Of a DNA stretch of 64,000 nucleotides, positions 57,244 to 64,000 are shown piece after piece; position 1 is the stretch's first letter, and every line of letters begins with the position of its first letter. Under the pieces are notes generated by a model that saw only the letters and a list, made by a program, of their open reading frames with translations, was not told the origin of the DNA and searched no databases. The stretch is from Dehalococcoidia bacterium (GTDB lineage: Bacteria; Chloroflexota; Dehalococcoidia; Lucifugimonadales; UBA3495), in contig CBDBDT010000001.1 in the NCBI GenBank assembly GCA_965203975.1, positions 438,880 to 502,879 of the forward strand, written 5' to 3'. The position numbers were made by a program, and so were the translations under genes.

Positions 57244-58644
57244 ATGCTCCTCACCATCTCCACGACGCATCAGCCAGCCACCGACCTGGGATTCCTGCTG
57301 CACAAGAACCCGGGCCGGTTGCAGTCGTTCCGGCTGCCCTTCGGGCGGGCTGACGTCTTCTACCCCGAAGCGGACGCCGACCGCTGCACCGCAGCTCTGC
57401 TCCTGGATATTGATCCGGTGGGGTTGGTGCGGCCGAAGGCCGGAGGGGCCAATGCCGGCGGCTGGCCGGAACAGTACGTCAATGACCGCCCCTACGTCGC
57501 GTCCTCCCATCTGAGCGTGGCGATTGCCACCGTATTCCGCAGCGCCCTGGCGGGCAATAGCCGGGACCGCCCTGAGTTGGCGGAGTCGGCTATACCCTTG
57601 GAGGCCCGGATCCCAGCGGTCCCGTCCGAGGAGGGAGCGGACCTGATCTGGAGCCTGTTCGAACCTCTCGGGTACTCGGTCGATATCCAAGGGCAGCCGC
57701 TGGACGGGCGATTTCCCGAATGGGGCGACAGCCCCTACTTCAGCGTGAGCCTCGCGTCAGAATGCCGGCTCCGAGACCTGCTGGCCCACCTCTACGTGCT
57801 TCTGCCGGTCCTGGACGACGACAAGCATTACTGGGTCGGTGACCAAGAGGTGGACAAGCTGCTGCGCTTCGGCGAGGGGTGGTTGGGCAGCCATCCCCAG
57901 CGGGACTTGATCTCGCGCCGCTACCTGAAGCACCAGCGCGGTCTGGTGCACCAGGCCTTGGCCCAACTGCTGGATGCCGGCCAGTCCGATCCTGGCGCCA
58001 CCGCGGCGAGGCAGGAGCAGGAAGAGGAGCGGCTGGAAGCCCCGCTGCGGCTGGGGGAGCAGCGGATACAGTCCGTGCTGACCACGCTCCGGGAGTTGGG
58101 GGCAACCAGGGTGCTGGACCTGGGTTGCGGCGAGGGAAGGCTAATGGGCGAATTGCTCCGGGAACCCGGGATTGGTGCGGTGACCGGCCTGGACGTTTCC
58201 TACCGGGCGTTGGAAACGGCCCACCGACGCCTCCGCCTCGATACCCTGCCCGACCGGCAGCGGGAGCGCATCACCCTGCTGCACGGTTCCCTGACCTACC
58301 GGGACCAGCGGCTGTCCGGCTACGACGCAGCGGTGGCCATGGAGGTGATCGAACACATCGACGCCCCGCGCCTGGACGCCTTCGAGGAGGTGGTGTTCGG
58401 GTCCGCCAGGCCCGGCGCGGTCCTGATCACGACGCCCAACGCGGAGTACAACACCCTTTTCTCCGGCCTTCCCGCCGGGACATTTCGGCACCGGGACCAC
58501 CGGTTCGAGTGGACGCGGGAGCAGTTCCAGATCTGGGCGAGGCTGGCAGCGGAACGCCGGAAGTACGAGGTGCGGTTCGAGGACATCGGACCCGAGGACC
58601 CCGTCCACGGCGCACCGACCCAGATGGGGGTCTTCACCCGATGA
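57244..58644 (+). CDS. hen1: 3'-terminal RNA ribose 2'-O-methyltransferase Hen1 (bacterial type)
   Basis: The N-terminus MLLTISTTHQPATDLGFLLHKNPGR is typical of bacterial Hen1. The C-terminal MTase has VLDLGCGEGRL and AMEVIEHI. The stop overlaps the pnkp start (ATGA). Confidence 0.85.
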   Translation: MLLTISTTHQPATDLGFLLHKNPGRLQSFRLPFGRADVFYPEADADRCTAALLLDIDPVGLVRPKAGGANAGGWPEQYVNDRPYVASSHLSVAIATVFRSALAGNSRDRPELAESAIPLEARIPAVPSEEGADLIWSLFEPLGYSVDIQGQPLDGRFPEWGDSPYFSVSLASECRLRDLLAHLYVLLPVLDDDKHYWVGDQEVDKLLRFGEGWLGSHPQRDLISRRYLKHQRGLVHQALAQLLDAGQSDPGATAARQEQEEERLEAPLRLGEQRIQSVLTTLRELGATRVLDLGCGEGRLMGELLREPGIGAVTGLDVSYRALETAHRRLRLDTLPDRQRERITLLHGSLTYRDQRLSGYDAAVAMEVIEHIDAPRLDAFEEVVFGSARPGAVLITTPNAEYNTLFSGLPAGTFRHRDHRFEWTREQFQIWARLAAERRKYEVRFEDIGPEDPVHGAPTQMGVFTR

Positions 58645-61214
58645 AGATTACCATCCCTGAACTGTGCCTGGTGGCGATCATCGGGCCCAGCGGGTCGGGG
58701 AAGTCCTCCTTCGCCGCCAGGCATTTCAGGCCCACCGAGGTGGTGTCCTCGGACGCCTGCCGGGCGATGGTGGCGGATGACGCCGCCGACCAGGCCGCGA
58801 CCCCCGACGCCTTTGCCCTGCTCAACTTCATCGCGGCCACCCGGCTGCGGGCCGGACGCCTCACCGTCATCGACGCCACCAGCGTCCAGCCCCAGGCCCG
58901 CAAGCCTCTGGTGGCGCTGGCTAGGGAACACGACTGCTTGCCGGTGGCCGTCGTGTTGAATATGCCCGAAGCGCTGTGCCTGTCCCGCAACCGGGAACGC
59001 CCCGACCGGGCGTTTGGCCCCCAGGTGGTGCGCCGGCAAGCGGAACAGCTCCGGCGGTCGCTGCGCGGGCTGAAACGGGAGGGCTTCCGGCACATCTTCG
59101 TGCTCAACTCCCCCGAGGAGGTGGAGGCGGTCACCGTGGAGCGCGTTCCGCTGTGGGTGAACCTCCGACACGAGCACGGGCCCTTCGACATCATAGGCGA
59201 CGTGCACGGGTGCTACGACGAGCTGGTCATTCTTCTCCGACGCCTCGGGTACAGACTGGAAACCCGGGTCGGCGCCTACGGGGAAGCTGGCTTTTCGGCG
59301 ATCCATCCCGAGGGCCGGAAAGCCGTGTTCGTCGGCGACCTGGTGGACCGGGGCCCGGGCGTGGCAGAGGTGCTGAAGCTGGTCATGGGCATGGTGTCCG
59401 AGGGTACCGCACTGTGTGTCGCTGGCAACCACGAGTCCAAGCTATCCCGCAAGCTCCAGGGCCGGAATGTGCAGGTGTCCCACGGACTGGCGGAATCGCT
59501 GGCCCAACTGGAACCGGAGTCCCCGGCTTTCCGGCAGCAGGTCGCTGCGTTCCTCGACGGATTGATCAGCCACTACGTTCTTGACGATGGCGGGCTAGTG
59601 GTGGCCCACGCGGGGATGAAGGAGGAATACCAAGGGCGGGCGTCCGCGCGGGTGCGGGATTTCTGCCTCTATGGCGAGACCACCGGGGAGACCGACGAGT
59701 TCGGCCTCCCGGTCCGCTACAACTGAGCCGCCGGCTACCGGGGCCGAGCGATGGTGGTCTACGGCCACACCCCGGTGGTGGAGCCCGTCTGGCTCAACAA
59801 CACCATCAACGTGGATACGGGCTGTGTGTTCGGCGGCAGGCTGACCGCGCTCCGCTACCCCGAAAAGGAGCTGGTATCAGTACCGGCGGTGCGGGTCCAC
59901 TATGAGCCGGCGAAACCGCTGGCCGAACCCTCCCAGCAGGAGGAACCCTCTGGGCCCAGCGAGACCCGCGCGGCAAACCTTCTTGACATTGACGACGTGC
60001 TGGGGAAACGCATTGTGGCAACCCGGCTGAGGGGCAACATCACGATCCGGGAAGAGAACGCGGCGGCGGCACTGGAGGTGATGAGCCGTTTCGCCCTGGA
60101 CCCACGCTGGCTGGTGTACCTGCCGCCCACCATCTCTCCCTGCGACAGTTCCAGGCTCCCCGGCATGCTGGAACACCCAGCGGAGGTGTTCGCCTATTTC
60201 CGCAACAACGGCGTGTCCAGCGTGGTCTGCGAGGAGAAGCACATGGGGTCGCGGGCCATCGTCGTTCTGGGTAGGGACGCCGCGGCTATCGAGCGGCGGT
60301 TCGGCATCACCGACGAGGGCACTGGCGCCTGCTACACCCGGACGGGAAGAGGGTTTTTCGAAGACCGCTCCCTCGAGGGGGAGTTCCTGGAGAGTGCCGG
60401 CTGGGCGGTCGGGGAAGCCGGTCTCTGGGAGGAGCTGGGGACCGATTGGATGGTCCTCGACTGTGAACTCATGCCGTGGTCCGTGAAGGCGCAGGACCTG
60501 CTCCGCGAACAGTACGCGGCCGTGGGCGCCGCGGCCCGGACCAGTCTGACGGCCGCGGAGGCGCTTCTCCGTCAGGCGTTGGAACGGGGCATTGACGCCG
60601 GCGAGAGCCTCGCCGGCGTCGAAGAGCGGCTTCGTCTGTCCCAACTCTACAGCGACGCCTATGCACGTTACTGCTGGCCGGTGACGTCGCTGGCGGACCT
60701 CCGGCTGGCGCCCTTCCACCTGCTGACCAGCGAGGGCCAGGTGCATACCGACAAGACCCATCCCTGGCACATGGGCATGGCCGAACGCCTAGGTCAGGCC
60801 GATCCCGGGTTGTTCCGGGCAACCAGGCATCGGACGGTGGACCTGGACTCCCCGGACGAGCTGGAAGCGATCTGCTGGTGGGAGGAGCTGACCGGCAACG
60901 GCGGGGAGGGGATGGTGGTGAAGCCGACGGACTTCATCACCACCGGGAAGCGGGGCCTGGTGCAGCCCGCCATGAAGTGCCGGGGGGCCGAATACCTGCG
61001 AATCATCTACGGGCCGGAGTACACCCTGCCGGAGAACATGGACCGGCTGCGCCATCGGGGGCTCTCCACCAAGCGGTCGCTGGCGCTTCGTGAGTTCGCC
61101 CTGGGCGTGGAGGGACTGCAGCGTTTTGTCGGGGGAGAGCCTCTCTACCGAGTGCATGAGTGCGCCTTCGCCGTGCTGGCCCTGGAAAGCGAGCCGGTTG
61201 ACCCCAGGCTCTAG
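58641..61214 (+). pseudogene. pnkp: Polynucleotide kinase-phosphatase/ligase Pnkp, interrupted by one in-frame TGA (59724-59726)
   Basis: It has the kinase P-loop GPSGSGKSS, the phosphatase motifs GDVHGC, GDLVDRGP, GNHE and VYGHTP, and the ligase motif CEEKHMGSR. ORFs 57879-59726 and 59751-61214 are in the same frame, reading ...[23 protein letters not shown]. Confidence 0.8.
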
Positions 61215-61546
61215 GAGCAAGAGGGAACACGAACGCCCGAAACGGCGGACCGAGCTCTGCCAAGCTCCACTATGGGTCCTGCCGGAACCGGCGGTTTTCC
61301 CGCTGGTCCTGGAACAGGGTCACCTCCCCGTCGTCCTCCCGCGCCCTGGGCCAGTTCCCAGGCCCTCCGGCCCGAAGCGGTCGGTTCTCCTGCGTCGGCA
61401 GGGTCGGCCAGCCCATAGACGCGGGCCAGTTGTCTCACCCATCCCTCGGATAAACCTACGCGCTGGGCGACTTCCCCTGGGGTAAGTCCCTGTTCTAGGA
61501 GACCGGCGATTACCTTCAGCCGGTCATGCCATTTCCGGTCGCGGTC
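61211..61546 (-). CDS. Small HTH-containing ORF with an unclear start
   Basis: The frame reads ...[32 protein letters not shown]..., a helix-turn-helix-like segment. The only starts are an internal GTG (61438) or non-canonical codons. Confidence 0.25.
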   Translation of the reverse strand, partial: DRDRKWHDRLKVIAGLLEQGLTPGEVAQRVGLSEGWVRQLARVYGLADPADAGEPTASGRRAWELAQGAGGRRGGDPVPGPAGKPPVPAGPIVELGRARSAVSGVRVPSCS

Positions 61547-61861
61547 TATAATGGTTTTCTACTGGTAGTGATTCATTGGCTATCTTGGGAGCTTGGCCTT
61601 TCGTCCTCCACCCGACTTTTCAACGGCAGCGGGCGCACGGGCAGGCGGCAAAGCTTTCCCGGGCGAAGGCGGCCTGGCTGGAAACTGCGCCGGGGAATAA
61701 TAGAGAGTTAATGTAGTATATCAATGCCCCGTTGATGGGATTCTCAGGGGCTATTGACACCACGGGTTGCCCTGAGCAGACTGACGAGGCTATAGGTAGG
61801 TTTTGTCGGAAGGGGAAGCCCGGTTGATACGAGTTGCGTGGGGGGGTAAACCACGCTACCC

Positions 61862-61903
61862 AAACATAGGGGCAGCCTTTCGTGTGAGGCTGCCCCTATG
61901 TTT
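61862..61903. terminator. 16-bp perfect hairpin downstream of SBP5
   Basis: The stem aaacataggggcagcc/ggctgcccctatgttt has a 10-nt loop. A second small hairpin (gcgtgg/ccacgc) lies at about 61836-61856. Confidence 0.45.
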
Positions 61904-61981
61904 AAGCCGATTGTACGAAACTACAGGCTATCCGTGGACTTGCCTTATTTCCTGTACCAGCCATAGTGATGGTTTTGGGGG

Positions 61982-63838
61982 TCATGGGCTGAACCACATC
62001 GTGCTAATCCTGATCCGTCGATCGAACCGTGGCTCCCATTCCAGCTTGGGGTCCACCGCGTAGAACACCGGCAGGTCGAACATCGGCAGCAGCAGGACAT
62101 CATCGTGGACCCGGTCCGCCAGTTCTTCGAGAAGACGTTGCCGTTCGTCCCCGGATGCCGATAACGCCGGAACGAGCTTTCCCTGCAGACCCCCCTCGCT
62201 GGGATCGCAGACAAAGGAACGAGCCGCACAGTTCAGGTAACGCGTGGCCTGCCTTCCAAAGTCCAGGGTCTCATTGGAGAAACCGCCCGCCGACAGGATA
62301 TGTCCCGTCGGGCAGTTGGCTCCCCCTTTGTCCAGGGCAGCCTGCATATCCTCCAGGGTCGGTTTCGCCGCTTGCGGGTCCAACCCCCGGTCGACCAGGA
62401 CTTCGCTGATGGCTTTGCCGATGGCGCAGTTCCGCAACTCGTTTCTTACCGAGGGTTCCAGCACGGTGATTTCCGCGTTGATCCCCACCTCGTTTAGGAA
62501 GCCATGAATCGACTCGTAGAGCTCAACCTGCTTGGGAATGCGCGCCGACCTGCCGCCGACCTTGATCACGTTCTCCGGATCATAATTAGCCTCGGCCAGG
62601 AGTTGCTTGGATTTTTCCGGGTCGTACTCGTAGGGAGCGGTGTTCCGTTCGGTGGACCCGATGACGCCGGGCCACATGATGTTCCCCCGGCAGGGCGGCA
62701 GACCTCCGAAGAGGGTATCCACGATTTGCTGGCAGTCGATGGCGTGGACGATGGCCTGGCGCACCTCCTTTTTCTTCAACTCCGGGTGCCACAGGGTGTT
62801 GATCCAGAAGCCGTAGACCTCCGCAGAGCCTCCTGACTTGAGCTGGTCTTCCTCAAGAATTCCGATGGCGTCAACCCCAGCGTCCCATGCGATGTCAGCC
62901 TCCCCGGCCTGCACCATGGCCGCCATTACGGTGGTCTCGGCTCGCCAGAGCCACTTCGCCTCCCGGATGAAGGACTTCTGGAACTCGAAATGGTCATCCA
63001 CGGTCACATAGTCGTCGAAGGCTTCCATCGTGATGGATACGCCATGAGACCATTCGGTCTGCCGGTACGGGCCAAACCCGACCGCCTGCAACGCCCGTTC
63101 GTCTTCCGAGGACCTGGTGAAGAAGTCCGGGGCGGTGAAGGACAGGAAGAAGGCGGTGTTGGGGAATATGGGGCAAGGCTGTTCACAGGTGATGTCCACC
63201 GTGAATTCGTCCGTGGCTTCCGATGTATGCCCGCCGGTATACCCGAAGCTTGAGTTTTCGTTGGTGGAAACCCCCTGGTAGGCCAGAGATGGGAGAGCCG
63301 CCTCGGCGTTCCATTCCTCGCCGTTGTGGAACGTGACGCCTTCCCGCAACTTGAACCGCCATACCTCAGGGGCCAACTGCTCCCAGCCTGTGCTGGCAGG
63401 AGTGGGTACGATCCGCAGATCATCCCCCGACTGCCAGGTGAGGGAGTCCACCAGGTTGTCCTTCACCACCGATGAACTGGTGCCTCCCACGTACCCGAAG
63501 GGGTCGACGGTTACCGGTTCCGCCGCGATGACCAGCGTGACACTGTCCCGGGCCGACACGGTTCCCTCAGGAAGAGGGGTCGAAGTTGGGACCGCTGTTG
63601 GGCGATCTGCCGGCGGCGGGGTAGGAGCGATGGCCGTCGGCTCGGGTGCCATCGCCGTGGGGGTGTCGGGTGCAGTGGAACTTTCCGCCGGAGCGGAGGC
63701 CTCTTTCGGGGCAGGCTCCCCTGGTGCCGCAGGTGCCGCTGCCGTGGGCGAGGCTGACTCACCGCAGGCCGCAATCAGGATGACCGCCATGGCAACTACA
63801 AGGATGGGTCCGTTCTTGAGAACTTTGGTCAGTTCCAT
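61982..63838 (-). CDS. ABC transporter substrate-binding lipoprotein, family 5, SBP5
   Basis: The start MELTKVLKNGPILVVAMAVILIAAC|GES has a lipobox. It has a long Pro/Ala/Thr-rich linker and an SBP_bac_5-like body. Confidence 0.9.
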   Translation of the reverse strand: MELTKVLKNGPILVVAMAVILIAACGESASPTAAAPAAPGEPAPKEASAPAESSTAPDTPTAMAPEPTAIAPTPPPADRPTAVPTSTPLPEGTVSARDSVTLVIAAEPVTVDPFGYVGGTSSSVVKDNLVDSLTWQSGDDLRIVPTPASTGWEQLAPEVWRFKLREGVTFHNGEEWNAEAALPSLAYQGVSTNENSSFGYTGGHTSEATDEFTVDITCEQPCPIFPNTAFFLSFTAPDFFTRSSEDERALQAVGFGPYRQTEWSHGVSITMEAFDDYVTVDDHFEFQKSFIREAKWLWRAETTVMAAMVQAGEADIAWDAGVDAIGILEEDQLKSGGSAEVYGFWINTLWHPELKKKEVRQAIVHAIDCQQIVDTLFGGLPPCRGNIMWPGVIGSTERNTAPYEYDPEKSKQLLAEANYDPENVIKVGGRSARIPKQVELYESIHGFLNEVGINAEITVLEPSVRNELRNCAIGKAISEVLVDRGLDPQAAKPTLEDMQAALDKGGANCPTGHILSAGGFSNETLDFGRQATRYLNCAARSFVCDPSEGGLQGKLVPALSASGDERQRLLEELADRVHDDVLLLPMFDLPVFYAVDPKLEWEPRFDRRIRISTMWFSP

Positions 63839-64000
63839 GACCACCTCTTGTCGGCAGATTGAGAACCCCGGGAAGGGTGAGTGGAACCTATCAATCGTTT
63901 TGCAGTTTATCTGGGTCAAAAAGTAATGGCAATCCTTTTATTAATGCCGAGTTATCAACGAAACATGATTCTATTTGCTTTCAGATAGGAGTTTCAAGAA

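Noticed and set aside
59724-59726. Selenocysteine at the pnkp TGA
   Set aside because: There is no neighbouring Cys or redox motif, I could see no convincing downstream stem-loop, and the column is, to my recollection, an aromatic (Trp) position in homologs. A TGG to TGA change or a base-call error is the simpler explanation.
1-64000. Genome-wide reassignment of TGA (genetic code 4 or 25) as an explanation for the in-frame TGAs
   Set aside because: Many well-supported genes here terminate at TGA at the expected length. Examples are 628-630, 34834-34836, 50856-50858, 52698-52700 and 58642-58644. TGA is therefore a normal stop in this organism.
1-64000. CRISPR arrays, rRNA and tRNA genes
   Set aside because: I found no regularly spaced direct repeats, no T-arm/acceptor combinations and no rRNA-like conserved blocks on reading both strands. 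This was by eye only, so a tRNAscan/Infernal run should confirm it.

Overview
This is a 64-kb, high-GC, gene-dense bacterial chromosomal segment. I saw no rRNA, tRNA or CRISPR array. My guess is a monoderm-type, Chloroflexota-like heterotroph, possibly marine, but this rests only on gene content and lipoprotein style. Main content: (1) Five family-5 (Dpp/Opp-type) ABC substrate-binding lipoproteins, two paralogous permease pairs, and one DppD/DppF ATPase pair at the left edge. (2) A redox and catabolic set: two luciferase-like flavin/F420 oxidoreductases, a PNPOx-like protein, an SDR, a sulfite-oxidase-like Mo enzyme, a Rieske fusion protein, two family III CoA-transferases, MmgE/PrpD, an Ntn penicillin-acylase-family protein and a NodB-type deacetylase. 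(3) A Hen1-Pnkp RNA repair operon. (4) An inositol-3-phosphate synthase next to an ABC-2 exporter. (5) One ISL3 and one IS5-family insertion sequence. (6) Several decayed genes. The top finding is two convergent paralogous genes (33214-34836 + and 35950-37629 -). Each carries a single in-frame TGA at the same aligned column, giving a U-G-x-C motif with a stem-loop whose apical loop sits 21-22 nt downstream of the TGA. These are candidate selenoproteins in which a UGSC-like N-terminal module is fused to a C-terminal domain of about 400 aa that I cannot assign. They lie in an acylase/PrpD/CoA-transferase/deacetylase island. Other notable points are an in-frame TGA inside pnkp, a visibly lower-GC copy of the SBP-permease cassette bounded by an ISL3 element without target duplication, and a shared 5' module between two tandem SBP genes. 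All coordinates, motifs and hairpins were read by eye. No database search, GC calculation or folding was run.
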